Shown here: one piece after another, positions 1 through 14,941 of the stretch
Numbering within the stretch: position 1 is the stretch's first letter
Layout: the number at the start of each line of letters is the position of its first letter
Translations under genes and position numbers: made by a program
From: Eledone cirrhosa
Lineage: Eukaryota
DNA length: 64,000 bases
Assembly: GCA_964016885.1 (NCBI GenBank)
Contig: OZ024740.1
Span: forward strand, 192,448,001-192,512,000
Direction of reading: 5' to 3'
Notes under the pieces: generated by a model
What the model was told of the DNA's origin: nothing
Seen by the model: the letters and a program-made list of their open reading frames with translations, nothing else
The model's database searches: none

Positions 1-235
1 AGTTCTTCAAACATTTGTCTATGCATTGAGACGTTTTGCACCCTCAATAAATGTGAGAGTTGAGTATTTTTTTGTCTGATAATTCCCATGCGTCCTTTTT
101 GTTGGTAGTAAACTTGGAAATGTTGAAGGAGTTGAAGTCACTATTGATTATTTTGTCTCCTTCCTCGCAATACAGATTTGTAGGTCTGCTTGTATGTCCG
201 TAACTTTCATTTCGAGAATGGATATTAGAAATGAA
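1..235 (-). pseudogene. Possible degraded LINE apurinic-endonuclease fragment
   Basis: Minus strand reads GDKIINSDFNS...DAWE...TFIEG...CIDKCL, resembling the APE motifs GDFN, DxW, T(F/W) and IDxI; heavily decayed. Confidence 0.3.
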
Positions 236-477
236 CTATATAAAGCGGAAATACTCTACAGATTGCGAGAGAAAGCAGGTACTAACATAACACATTTCTA
301 AATTTAAAACAAGAATCTGCAGCAGAATTTGAGCTCAAATTATTTTTTTAATTTTTAATGAAACTAATATAACGAAAACATATTGAAGCCATTTACGGGT
401 TTTCAACTTACATTTTAGTTGTATCGGTAATTTGTCTCTTGTGGCAAAATCGTGTTTCTCCGATGTATTTATGTATT

Positions 478-653
478 GGCAGTATCGGTAGAGGGTCGGC
501 CGCCATGCTTTCCAGCATAGTTACGTCCCTTTACGATCTGAGTTCAAATCCCGCCCAGGTTGACTTTGCCTTTAATCCTTACAGGGTCGATAAAATAAAG
601 TACCAGTAATGCACTGGGTAATTGGTGGCCTTGTGCCTAAAGTAGAAACAATT
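478..653 (+). mobile_element. tRNA-derived SINE (octopus OK-like, Meta-domain-like core)
   Basis: A-box-like GGCAGTATCGGTAG, B-box GAGTTCAAATCCC, then GACTTTGCCTTTAATCCTTACAGGGTCGATAAAATAAAGTACCAG; closely similar copy at 62090-62279. Confidence 0.8.
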
Positions 654-1258
654 ATAAGATATTACCCTTGAAGCTTTTAAAAGACAAGAAAGTGTGTATT
701 TCACTTACAACGTTCTACGAAGAAGTACTGCAACAGTCTATCGTAACAAAAACGCTCTATAACTAATGGAAATTTATTAGATGCAGTGAGTAAAAGCCTT
801 TAACATTATTTCAGTGATATTTGGTGAGATCATGTTATTCTTTATGCATAACAAATGTTTCGATGGTTAAATGTAATGCCGTTGAGTATATAAATAACTT
901 TAGAAGGCTTTATGCAAGGAGCACTAAAAATGTTCACAGAAAATGAGCATTTAATCACCAGTCGAAACTTAATCAATCATTTAACATTTTCTCAAGATAT
1001 TCATTTTAGTTACTTTACAAACGAAATAATCCTAGATTTAACAATGATTAAATTCATCTTTAGCGTTGAGAGAATAAGTTTAGAATTGTAATTATCCTCT
1101 AATTTCATGATGTGGTTATACCACACTGTGGAAATTTCATATATTACAAATGTAATAAGACTACACGAATATTGTCTCTGGAAAAGAGATACGTGTTACA
1201 TATATGGCATTGAAAAGTCTATTAAAACTGAAATTATTAGATCATGAGCTGTGTAGTG

Positions 1259-1361
<103 letters not shown>

Positions 1362-1977
1362 AACTATACACGCATTCACAAGGAATCACTCAATTCTTTG
1401 CGTTACAGTCACTATTTAATTTAGATATAGATACCGAGTAACAAGATTTTTGAGATGGAAAGGTGGCGACAGAAAGAGAGAAAGAAAGAGAAAAGGATGA
1501 AGGATTTTTAGCTTCAAAATTAGAGAAATACGGTTTATTTAAATTTTAAACAAGCGTGTATTAAGTTTTATATACTTTCAGTAAATGTAAGTAATATGCC
1601 GTGATGCGTTAATAGCATACTGGTGATTAATTTCCTGTTGACGTATATTTAGGATTCCAATGGACCGTTATCCATTCATCTGGGAAACTACTCCTCACTT
1701 CTACTTCAATTCATCCATTGTCAGGGTGTTACACTCCATAGACCAATTTCCCATTCCTTTACATAAATCATCGGAAGAACTTTTAATATACATGCGAATC
1801 GCCATCAGTTGTGAATTTCAGGTGCACTAGTTTGAAATATGCAATTATTCAGTGAATGTTAATATATATAATGCAGGAAACATTATATCAAATTTAAAAA
1901 TGATTATGCAGCAAGGAAAAGTAAAATCACGCAATTGTTTTATTTATTTTAGCAGAGACAAACCCATTCATGTTTTA

Positions 1978-2190
1978 CTATTGGTAGAGCGTCAGACAAC
2001 ATTCATTCTGATATGTAGCTACGTCCCTTTACGTTCTGAGTGTTCAAATCCCGCCGAGGTTAGCTTTGCTTTCCATCCTTACGGAGGCAATAAAATAAAA
2101 TACCTGTAAGTCACTGGGGTCGATGTAATCGAATCCCCTCACACAAAAAAAAGAAATGTGATGCCCCGGTGCTTACGTCAGAAATTATGA
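1978..2190 (+). mobile_element. tRNA-derived SINE, same family, more diverged
   Basis: ACGTCCCTTTACGTTCTGAGTGTTCAAATCCCGCCGAGGTTAGCTTTGCTTTCCATCCTTACGGAGG...CACTGGGGTCGATGTAATCGA. Confidence 0.75.
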
Positions 2191-2989
2191 TTTCATCAGC
2201 AAAGCATAACCTTCGCCATATTAACACAACGGTTATTAATTACTATGGAGTCACTCAATATAAACATAATATAAATATATGCTAAATATATATATATATA
2301 AAACCTTCGCTTACGTTGGAAGCAATGTAATTTATATGACCACAAACATGCTAAGAAGAGAAGTTACATTTTTTTCATTTTATACGCTACTGTGTTAAAA
2401 ATGCAAATTACATATCATGACATAGGAAGAGAAACCTGACGAAATAACATGTAAGGAACACGAATAAAATGGATTTGATCATGTATCTACTAGATTAGGA
2501 CATACCTGGTGCTCAGTATTCAAGATAGTGCAATTGACTTTTCAGACCATTATTAGATACTTTGCAAGCAATTACTCTTTTAAAGGGAAAAAATAAAATG
2601 TAAGCGTGTTGAAAATGCCTTAATATGTAATAGCTAGTTCTGTAGATTACAAACAACGATAGAATCATGTTAAGTATACGCATAAGAACCTCCAAAGAAT
2701 CACCTATAAATAAAGTGCAGAACCGATACCGGTGGAAACGCAGAATTTCGAATATACCTGCCATGTATGTTTTGTAAGAAACACTTTTTTATTATTTTTA
2801 CCGTATCAATAATTATATAGTGCTGGAATGTATTTAATCCAATTGACACATTCTGTGCCTTTGCCTCATATATAAACAGGCTTCTGTCTGTCTGTCTGTC
2901 TCTATCCCCACACACAAGCACACACATGCCCACTCACACGCACACACTAATAATCCCCCCCCTACATATATAAATATACATACAGAGAA

Positions 2990-3102
<113 letters not shown>

Positions 3103-4024
3103 GTGTGTGTTTGTAAAAAGCATGATAGTACATGTGAAGGCCTATAGTTATGAAGCTGTCAGCTTCCAAAATTCATAGTTATATGTTTTCAAATGTTTAT
3201 TCGCAAGCATAACTTATATTGCTAGATAAACAAATACACATTTCAGAGTGAGCATCTTAATTTCAGGCCGAGCGAGTGAAACATTAGAGTAACAAGACTC
3301 ATTATTTAGTCATAATAAATGTAAATTTAAAATTTAGTTCGGTATTGAGTACTCCTTTCTTGTCCGCCAACTACATTTGTATGAATGTATACATGTAAAT
3401 ATGTATGTAAATATGTATGTATGTGTTTGTGTGTATTTGTGTGAGTGAGTTGATGTGATTGTGTGTGTGCATGGTAATTATAGCAAAACGTCACAAAATA
3501 CGTTGAACATTATTATATCGAAAATTAGATTTTATTCATAGTTAACTGAGTAAACAATGGCTTAGAAATTACGTCTTAATTTCCGTAATCTACCTAATTA
3601 TCTTTATAAATGAAAAAGGCCACGGAAATAATTGAAAAGATAATTAAAATTAACCGGTTAATGAGAATTTACTACAAAGCTGCCTATAGTATGCACTCTT
3701 TGAATTATATTAACATATATTTAAAAGCAAGTGATGTATATAGAATGTATTAATTAATTACATATAATAATTAAGAAATAGATGGAAAGTGCCCTCGTGC
3801 ATCCCAAAAGCCACCTGCATACGTAGGTGTCTACAACATTCACCTACCCGACAACACCACCCAAAACACATGCAGATATGTTATGAAAGTATATTGAAAA
3901 ACACGCATACACACACACACACAGAAACACACTGAGTTAAAATAACATCTTATAACGGAAACAAATATATACAGATACACACATATTTAAATAAACATAC
4001 ATATACTAAGATACAGCCACACAT

Positions 4025-4086
<62 letters not shown>

Positions 4087-4306
4087 CGTTCCTGAATTTG
4101 TTTAGCAAGATTCTTTATCTGAAATCGTGTGTTGAAACCGATATTGTTATACTTTGGGAGGGTCATGTTGCCAATAAGAAACACACGCACCAGTTGCTTT
4201 CACTTCAATTTATTATATATTTATAAATTTATAAATTTACAAATCTACAAACTTATAAGTTTCTGGTTGGTTGGTTGGTTCCACAACCAGATAGTTGTTT
4301 ATATAT

Positions 4307-4351
4307 AGTCATAGTCCTTTCGTCACACACTATGTGACCTCATCAGTGACT
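4307..4351 (-). ncRNA. Minimal type I hammerhead ribozyme (inverted pLTR copy)
   Basis: Reverse complement: AGTCA CTGATGA G GTCACA-loop-TGTGAC GAAA GGAC TA TGACT. Confidence 0.8.
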
Positions 4352-4711
4352 GCGGATTCCTTTCTTTGTTTCTGTGCCTTTCCTTTCTTCTGTCCTACGC
4401 CATTTTGTTTCTGTGTGTGTGTTGTGTGCTCCGTTTGCGCATGCGCCACATCCGGGTGTCTGTGTCTGTTTGTGTTCATTTATCTATTTGTTTATTTATT
4501 TACATGTTGTTGGTTGGTTGTTTGTTCTATGTGTGTGTGTGTTTTCATTTTATCCTTAATTGTAAGTTGTGATGTTGCTGTTCCACTCATATTTGCTATT
4601 TAATTTTGGTTGTAATTCTTTTATGCTTACTGCCTCTGTAATTTGCCTAAACATTGCATCTTTTCTGTGTGTGGATTCTATTTTTATTTCTATGTTCTCT
4701 AATTTACCCTT

Positions 4712-6145
4712 GTGGCCAAGAAAACCCACACAGATAGATGGAACGGGTGGACCAGAGCCATACGGACACCCGAAAACCACGATGAACTGAAGAAAATGAT
4801 TGCACATGCGGTAGGGGCCAGCATAAAATTAACCCTTAAGGAACATATGTTCAAATTTAATGGAAAAACATATGCCCAAGAGGAAGGAGCAGCCATTGGT
4901 GTTAGCATTGCAGGCGACATAGCTAACTTATTCATGGTATGGTGGGACATTAGACTTAAACTTAAACTTAAAGAACAATTAGAAGACAGCTTAACCCTGA
5001 TAATGTACACCCGCTACGTAGATGATATAAACATCGTAGTTAAGACACCCCCACTAGAGAACAGTCAGGAACTAGAGAAAAACACAATGGAAAGCAACCA
5101 GCAAATAGCAAACTCCATCCACCAGAGCATTAGAGTTACTATAGACTACCCAAGTAGACACCCCAACCATCGATTACCTGTACTAGACACAGAGCTCTGG
5201 TTAGATACCATTAACAACCAAAGACAAATCCTCCATTCCCATTATGCCAAACCCATGACTTCCAAACATCTGATCCACCGAATCTCGGCCATTTCGGACC
5301 ATACCAAAATCAACATACTGATTGCGGATTTGGTACGGGTGATGAGAAATGTGTCCCGCATGTGCAACCCCGAAGAACTAGAGAGACACATACAACACTT
5401 CATCCACCGTATGCAGTTCTCTGGCTACAATCAGAGAGATAGAATCAGAATGTAAAGAGGAGCCAGAACCAAATGGGAAAAAATGGTAAATAATGACATA
5501 AATGGGACCTGCCCCTTGTATAGGAGCAAATTTTGGAATAGAATAGAAAGAACTAGGAACAACCCAATAGAATAAACTCATGGTATGATAGCAATAAATA
5601 CCAGAGTGTAATGTTCATCAATACAATCCCTGGAGGCGAACTAGCCTACAAATTTAGAAGGGCCCTAAATAAACATAAACCCAATATTAAGATGGTAGAA
5701 AGACCAGGTACCTCCGTAAAAACAATTATTAGCAAGACATACCCGTTCCAAAGACCCTCATGCATAGATAAGAAATGTATAACCTGTAAAATAATCCCCC
5801 ATATTAACTGTAAAACTAGAAATGTAGTGTATAGCGTAAGATGTACTGAAGGACAATGTAGAAACAAAAATATAGTGTAGATAGGTGAGACAGCTCGTAG
5901 TATAGGGGAACGGATAAATGAACACTGGCGAGACCTTCAAGATAATAAAGAATCATCTGTACTCTACCAACATGCTAAGATAGAACACAAGGGTAAATTA
6001 GAGAACATAGAAATAGAAATAGAATCCACACACAGAAAAGATGCAATGTTTAGGCAAATTACAGAGGCAGTAAGCATAAAAGAATTACAACCAAAATTAA
6101 ATAGAAAATATGAGTGGAACAGCAACATCACAACTTACAATTAAG
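4712..6145 (+). pseudogene. PLE reverse transcriptase plus GIY-YIG endonuclease, interrupted by stops
   Basis: ORF 4712-5455: QEEGAAIG, YTRYVDDI, TIDYPS..LPVLD, HYAKP. ORF 5611-5880: CxxxxCxxC linker, NVVYSVRC...*IGETARSIGERINEH. Differs from the Naiad-type PLEs elsewhere (tentatively Nematis-like). Confidence 0.88.
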
Positions 6146-6348
6146 GACAAAATGAAAACACACACACACATAGAACAAACAACCAACCAACAACATGTAA
6201 ATAAATAAACAAATAGATAAATGAACACAAACACACACAGACACCCGGATGTGGCGCATGCGCAAACTGAGCACACAACACACACACAGAAACAAAATGG
6301 CGTAGGACAGAAGAAAGGAAAGGCACAGAAACAAAGAAAGGAATCCGC

Positions 6349-6393
6349 AGTCACTGATGAGGTCACAGAGTGTGTGACGAAAGGACTATGACT
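6349..6393 (+). ncRNA. Minimal type I hammerhead ribozyme in PLE pLTR
   Basis: AGTCA CTGATGA G GTCACA GAGTG TGTGAC GAAA GGAC TA TGACT; stem I AGTCA/TGACT. Confidence 0.82.
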
Positions 6394-6726
6394 ATACATA
6401 AACAACTATCTGGTTGTGGAACCAACCAACCAACCAGAAACTTATAAGTTTGTAGATTTGTAAATTTATAAATTTATCAATTTATAAATATATAATGAAT
6501 TGAAGTGAAAGCAACTGGTGCGTGTGTTTCTTATTGGCAACATGACCCTCCCAAAGTATAACAATATATATATATATATATATAAATATTAGAAAGTGAG
6601 GTTTTTTTTTACAAAATGAAAAATAACCGAGGTGTCCTACACGAGTGAAAGTATAAAGAAAAAGAGATGAAATCGAAAATGCAACTGGAGTCTTATTTTT
6701 TTAAAAATATATATATTTATTTGGTT

Positions 6727-6764
6727 CCTTTACCGGTTTCGCAGTTCTTCTGCTTTTCAAAAGG
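6727..6764 (-). ncRNA. Hammerhead, U3-A8 variant core
   Basis: Reverse complement of 6822-6859. Confidence 0.75.
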
Positions 6765-6821
6765 TGAGTTGAGATGGAGGGTCTGTGGTTTTTCTCACCA
6801 CAGACCCTCCATCTCAACTCA

Positions 6822-6859
6822 CCTTTTGAAAAGCAGAAGAACTGCGAAACCGGTAAAGG
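6822..6859 (+). ncRNA. Hammerhead, U3-A8 variant core (UUGAAAA)
   Basis: CCTT TTGAAAA GCAG AAGAA CTGC GAAA CCGG TA AAGG; all three stems pair. Confidence 0.78.
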
Positions 6860-6928
6860 AACCAAATAAATATATATATTTAAAAAAAAAATAAGACTCC
6901 AGTCGCATTTTCGATTTCATCTCTTTTT

Positions 6929-7018
<90 letters not shown>

Positions 7019-7034
7019 ATGCGAAGTTCTAGTA

Positions 7035-7338
7035 TTTTATTAATTGAGCCGTTATACATATTTCCATTACGATATATAACATTATTTTTTCAGACAGCAA
7101 AATTATGTAAAAGGTACATTTCCGGGGCAATAACAGGGGGAAAAATGCGGACTAAAAATGTGTCTTTGCTTAGAAGGAAGCACAGAACCAGAGCCCCTTC
7201 TAAACAAAAGCATACATTCTTTTAGTCCGCATTATTCCACCCATAATTGCCCCGAGAACGTTACATTTTAATTTTGCTATCTGAAGAAATCAAGATATCT
7301 ATCGTCGTGTAAATATGCATAACAGCTCAATTGATAAA
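7035..7338. repeat. Diverged fold-back element with degenerate hammerheads (7048-7098 minus, 7276-7326 plus)
   Basis: Imperfect palindrome centred near 7185; the arms combine to GCTGT CTGAAGA...GAAA TATGCA TA ACAGC. Confidence 0.7.
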
Positions 7339-7439
7339 AGACTCTAACATCGACAACTTCACATTTTCCTCTTTATAATTATACTCCCTCATCCTCATTT
7401 TAAAGAAGTAATATGGCGTCGAGTACTTGAAGTGTATTG

Positions 7440-7506
<67 letters not shown>

Positions 7507-7536
7507 AACCAGTAAGACCCCGACAGCTGAGCTCAA

Positions 7537-9155
7537 ATATATAAAGGATTAGTATATCTACCAATATATTTATACAGATGTATACTTACGCTAGTAAAGA
7601 TATAGGTGTTGTCTTAGTAACTTTGTGATTCAATACAAGAGATGTAGAACAATGATATAAAAGACGTAAAATAAGAATATTATAGTAATTAACTTACTTA
7701 CTTAAATTTCACTCCAACTATTTAGTTTCTGAAAGGGGATATACATAGTCTCCAAATGGAAAGCATGGAGAAGCCATTTCGTCATCAGGAAGTCGTTCTC
7801 AGCTAAGATCCCAGGCGATGCGTGGACACAGCGAACTCATACAAAAATAATTCAGTGGATGGAAAAAAGCAAGCACGGACTAAATTCCAAGGCATTGAAA
7901 ATTTCACTGCTTTTCTGGTCAGTGGCAAGTTCAAAAGAATCAATCACGTGACCTCGAGATTAATCAGTGAGGAGTGGGGTGTTAGAAAGACAGTAGCCAA
8001 ACTAATACTATGAACCATAGTAGTAATTCAGGCAAATATTTGCTCAACAAAATAATTTGGAGATAATTATAAAGAATTAGTATATCTACCAACATATTTA
8101 TACAGATGTATAATTGCGCTAGAAACTTTGTCTTAGTAACTTTGTGGTTCAATGCAAAGGGATGTAGAACAATTATATAAAAGACGTAAAATAAGAAAAT
8201 TATAGTAATTAACTTACTTACTTATATTTCAATCCAACTAATTAGTTTCTGAAATGGGGTATACATAGTCTTCAAATAGAGACCATGGAGAATCCATTCT
8301 TCATCAGGGATTAATCTCGATGTCATCAAGGATTAATCTCGATGTCACGTGATTGATTCTTTTGAATTTGACACTGAGCAGAAAGGCAGAGAAATGTTCA
8401 ATATCTTGGAATTTAGTCCGCGCTTGTTTTTTTTCCATCCACTGAATTATTTTTGTATGAGTTCCCTGTGTCCGCGCATTGCCAGTAATCTTAGCCGAGA
8501 ATGTCTCCCTTGTAAAAAAGGATTCTCCATGGTCTCCATTTCAAGACTATGTATATCCCCTTTCAGAAACTAATTAGTTTGAGTGAAATTTATGTAAGTA
8601 AGTTAATTACTATAATTTTCTTATTTTACGTAGTTTATATAATTGTTCTACATCCCTTTGTATTGAACCACAAAGTTACTAAGACAAAACCTATATCTTT
8701 ACTAGAGTAAGTATACATCTGTATAAATATGTTGGTAGATATACTAATTCTTTATAATTATCTCCAAATTATTTTGTTGAGCAACAATTTGACTGAATTA
8801 CTACTATGGTTCATAGAATTAGTTTGGCTACTGTCTTTCTAACACCCCACTCCTCACTGATTAATATCGATGGCACATGATTGATTCTTTTGAATTTGCC
8901 ACTGACCAGAAAGGCAATGAAATTTCCAATGTCTTGGAATTTAGTCCGCGTTTGCTTTTTTCCATCCACTGAATTATTTTTGTATGAGTTCCCTGTGTCC
9001 GCGTATTGCCAGGAATATTAGCCGAGAATGTCTCACTGATGAACAAAGGATTCTCCATGGTCCCTATTTGAAGATTATGTATATCCCCTTTCAGAAAGAA
9101 ATTAGTTGGAGTGAAATTTAAGTAAGTTAATTACTATAATATTCTCATTTTACGT
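7537..9155. repeat. ~528-bp hammerhead-containing unit: ~1.5 tandem copies, then ~1.6 inverted tandem copies
   Basis: Repeat starts at 7541 and 8069; inverted starts at ~8332 and 8860; HHRs at 7711-7793(-), 8231-8312(-), 9031-9112(+). Confidence 0.85.
7711..7793 (-). ncRNA. Type I hammerhead with extended stem II
   Basis: Reverse complement: ACTTC CTGATGA CGAAATGG...CCTTTCA GAAA CTAAATAG TT GGAGT. Confidence 0.65.
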
Positions 9156-9158
9156 ATG

Positions 9159-9234
<76 letters not shown>

Positions 9235-9235
<1 letters not shown>

Positions 9236-10280
9236 AAGATCGAAATTAAAGTATTCTGCAGTTCACAGTAATAATAATCGAAGAAAAACAGAGAATTTTC
9301 ATCTGAGCTCAAATACAAATTATTACACAGAGGGAAGTGTGTTACACAGTGAGATGTGTGTAAAAAATGATTACATGTGAGTTTAACCGTTACTGTATGG
9401 AGAACAATACCTACAAGTTAGCAATTGAATAGAAAAAAACTAAGTCAGAGTCAAATCTCTGAAGTAGAGTTTAAATTACTAACCTTATAACTATAAGCTT
9501 GCTGATACGAATTTAGTTCGTTTCACCACATAAATATGCGGTATAACAGCCCATAGGATCCTCAGTCAGCAAGTATGAGTACTGTTCACGACACATCTAG
9601 CCGAATGGATAAAGAGAAAGCGTATAACACGCTGGCCAGAGTAGGGCGAAATCACGTGATATTTGCTTCAAATAACGTCTCCCATGAATTGTGGGGAAAA
9701 TGCTAGAGAGCGCAGTCCAACCATTCGATTTTATTAGCCCAACAATCTGGAGCTCGTTAAATGTACCATGATCGGAATCAAAGTATTCCGCAGTTCACAG
9801 TAATAAAAATACTAGCTCGAAGAAGAACAAAGAATTTTTATCTGAATTCAAATACAAATATATTACACAGAGAGAAGTATGTTACACAGTGAGATGTGTG
9901 TAACAAATTATTACATGTGAGTTTAACCCTTACTGTACGGAGAACAATACCTACATGTTAGCAATTAAATAGAAACAAACTAGATAGATGTGTCGTAAAC
10001 AGTACCCATACTTGGTCACTGAGGATCCTATGGGCTGTTATACCGCATATTTATGTGGTGAAACGAACTAAATTCGTATCAGCAAGATTAGAGTTATAAG
10101 GTTAGTAATTTAAAACCCTACTTTAGAGATTTGATTCTGACTTGTAAATATTGTTCTGCTTACAGTAACTGTTAAACTCACACTTCTCTCTGTGTAATAT
10201 ATTTGAATATATATATATATATATATACAAATATATTACACAGAGAAAAGTGTGAGTTTAACAGTTACTGTAAGGAGATC
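9235..10280. repeat. ~532-bp hammerhead-containing unit: tandem copy plus inversion
   Basis: Direct repeat at 9238 and 9770; inverted segment ~9985-10200; flanked by (TA)n. Confidence 0.85.
9498..9573 (-). ncRNA. Type I hammerhead with 8-bp stem I and 5-bp stem III
   Basis: Reverse complement: CTTGCTGA CTGAGGA TCC...GGT GAAA CGAA CTAAA TTCG TA TCAGCAAG; plus-strand copy at 10011-10086. Confidence 0.75.
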
Positions 10281-10346
10281 AATATATATATATATATGTA
10301 TATATGTATATATATATATATACACATATATATAATTATATATATA

Positions 10347-12419
<2,073 letters not shown>

Positions 12420-12424
<5 letters not shown>

Positions 12425-13095
12425 AAGATAGACATAGAATATTCGAAAATATTCTGTATGTTTATAATAAACATTTTGAAGACCTAATCGCTATAGAATA
12501 GAATACGTCACGTATTACCATTAGATTCTCGATAAAAGCAAGGGAAGTAACCTACGCGTTTCATTCTTATTAGAAATCTTCAGGATCACATATCCAGTGC
12601 TTTTATCGATAATGACACAGCTAGAGACTTCCCTTGCTTTTATCGAGAATCTAATTGTAATACGTGACGTATTCTATTCCTAGCAATTAGGTCTTCAAAA
12701 TGTTTATTATAAACATACAGAATATTTTCGAATATTCTATGTCTATCTTCACATATATATCGCTATTTCAGAGCATTTAATCCAATTTCTAATTTCTGCC
12801 GGACCGGCAACCGCTCTTTCAAACCAGTTCCTGTACACAGCTAAGTATTCTATAAGTCTCTAGCTGTGTCATTCTCGATAAAAGCACTGGATATGTGATC
12901 CTGAAGATTTCTAATAAGAATGAAACGCGTAGGTTACTTCCCTTGCTTTTATCGAGAATCTAATTGTAATACGTGACGTATTCTATTCTATAGCGATTAG
13001 GTCTTCAAAATGTTTATTATAAACATACAGAATATTTTCGAATATTCTATGTCTATCTTCACATATATATCGCTATTTCAGAGCATTTAATCCAA

Positions 13096-13103
<8 letters not shown>
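12420..13103. repeat. ~310-bp hammerhead unit: inverted arm (12420-12630) plus ~1.5 tandem units
   Basis: TTCCCTTGCTTTTATCGAGAATC at ~12629 and ~12938; HHRs at 12547-12589(-) and 12895-12937(+). Confidence 0.9.
12895..12937 (+). ncRNA. Minimal type I hammerhead (GAAACGCGTA type)
   Basis: GTGATC CTGAAGA T TTCT AATA AGAA T GAAA CGCG TA GGTTAC. Confidence 0.87.
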
Positions 13104-13176
<73 letters not shown>

Positions 13177-13180
<4 letters not shown>

Positions 13181-14925
13181 AGTGGGAAGTAGGCAACTGC
13201 CACCATTATGGTTCCCTTTACAGGTGAAGTTACTGCTAAAATTCCGGGGTATCTGGCTACATGCTAAATATTTGTAGTTCTAGTGTTAACTTTATTATGG
13301 TTGTGGTGATGTTCTGTGTTATGGGATTTATGTATGTAATAAATGGACTGTTCCTAATCAGATTCAGTAAGGGCTTATTTTAAATAGCCGCATGGTTCAT
13401 ACATATCTGTTATTTAGCAGTAACAGCACCTATACAGGGAACCATAATGGTGGCAGATGCCTACTTCCCACTCTTAGTGGCAGACTCAGAATCAACCCTA
13501 GAATAGGAATGAGCAATGGGATGACAAATAACAAACGGCCAGGTAATAATAACCTTATTAAGGCCCCTGCCAACTCCACTAGAACAGCTAGAACGAATAG
13601 GCATAGAAATATCACCCGGCTTAACCCTCCATACTCATCTAATTTAGCCACTAATATCCGTAAACGCTTCTTCTCTATCCTATCTAAACATAACCATAGA
13701 TATTACAAACTCTTTAATAAAAACAACCTTAAAATCTCATTCTCCACAACACCTAGCCTAGCTAGCCACACCGCATTTAGTTACCATCATAAACTAAGAG
13801 AGTATAACTCCCACACCGCGTTACCCCCTCCCCTCAAATACACCAGGCCACTACACCAATACTTACTCTAGTAGCATACCCCCCCCCATATAATTCTTCT
13901 CGCACACACCAGCCGCATTGTTTAAACAACCCTACCCTTACTAAGCGCAACAGTAACTGCAACTGCCGTTACCATAATGCATGCCCACTAAACGGACAAG
14001 GCCTTTCACCCAATATAGTATATAGGTGCACAGTTAAAATAACATCACATACCAGCTCCTATATTGGATCTACCTCTAACCCTTCAAGGTACGCTATAAC
14101 GCGTACTCATCTTCCTTCCGAGACCCTAGCAATAGATGTTCAATATCTGTAGCTAGCCTCATTGAAAACCTTAAATTAACCAACATTGAACACTCACTAA
14201 CATGGGATGTCTTGGCTAGATACCAAGCGTTCAATGGAGGAGGAAACTCTTGTGATCTCTGTCTTTCCGAGGCCTATTAAATAACTTTATCACGACCTGA
14301 ACCAATTAATGATAGACAGGATTTAACTATTAGCTGTCAACAGCGAAGGGCAAATTCCTTCGCCAACAGAATATTCGTCCCAACATAGTCATCTAATCTC
14401 ACTTTTCCTTATAGCTAACATGTTAAATATTTAACCCAGGCTTGGATAATTATAAGTACCTCCCCTACACTGTCTCTCACTTAAGCCCATTAGCACTTCT
14501 TAGCTATGAATCACCTACAATTTCTAAATTCTCAAGGAGTTACTTCCCTTGAAACCCGTCTCTATTTAGTAAGGTAAATATGTCCTTAGTTGGGCATTTT
14601 GTTACGCATAGGCAGATCTCGCTTAATACAGCCTCGACAGAAGAATAATGATTGTCTATAGTAGACAATAGATAGACCCAGGACACCGTTGTGAAATACC
14701 AATAAATGGAACATTACATTCATGTAACCATCTTTCTTTACCTTACTTTATATTCCTTATTCCATCGTATCTTTATCAATATTTTCATTATCTCTTTTGA
14801 AGCTCTGAAGAGCCCCTCCATAATTGTTACCTAAGTTACTTATCTTCATATGAACCAGATCAATAATGATCTATAATCATTTGATCCAGAAACATTATAT
14901 GGAGTAGCAAAACAATTGTAAATGG
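13177..14925 (+). mobile_element. Decayed Naiad-type PLE 3' portion (linker, GIY-YIG, pLTR)
   Basis: NPPYSSNLATNIRKRFF...FNKNNLKISFSTTP; CNCRYHNACPLNGQ..PNIVYRC..SYIGST; short 5' inversion 13177-13243 vs 13412-13476; degenerate long-stem-II HHR at 14801-14920. Confidence 0.85.
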
Positions 14926-14941
14926 ACATTATTATTATTAT

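Larger units (their letters stand above)
4085..6567 (+). mobile_element. 5'-truncated Penelope-like element with inverted pseudo-LTR (left arm ~4140-4714 is the reverse complement of ~5986-6567)
   Basis: RT and GIY-YIG remnants between ~575-bp inverted arms, each arm carrying a hammerhead; flanked by (TA)n. Confidence 0.92.
6588..6935. repeat. Fold-back element (palindrome ~6653-6935) with two variant hammerheads; second copy at 60389-60755
   Basis: Near-perfect inverted repeat centred near 6794, inserted in (TA)n. Confidence 0.9.

Noticed and set aside
478-653. tRNA gene
   Set aside because: A and B boxes continue into a SINE body with multiple copies; no cloverleaf
2506-2575. Minus-strand exon with AG/GT boundaries
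   Set aside because: Stop codons in all three frames
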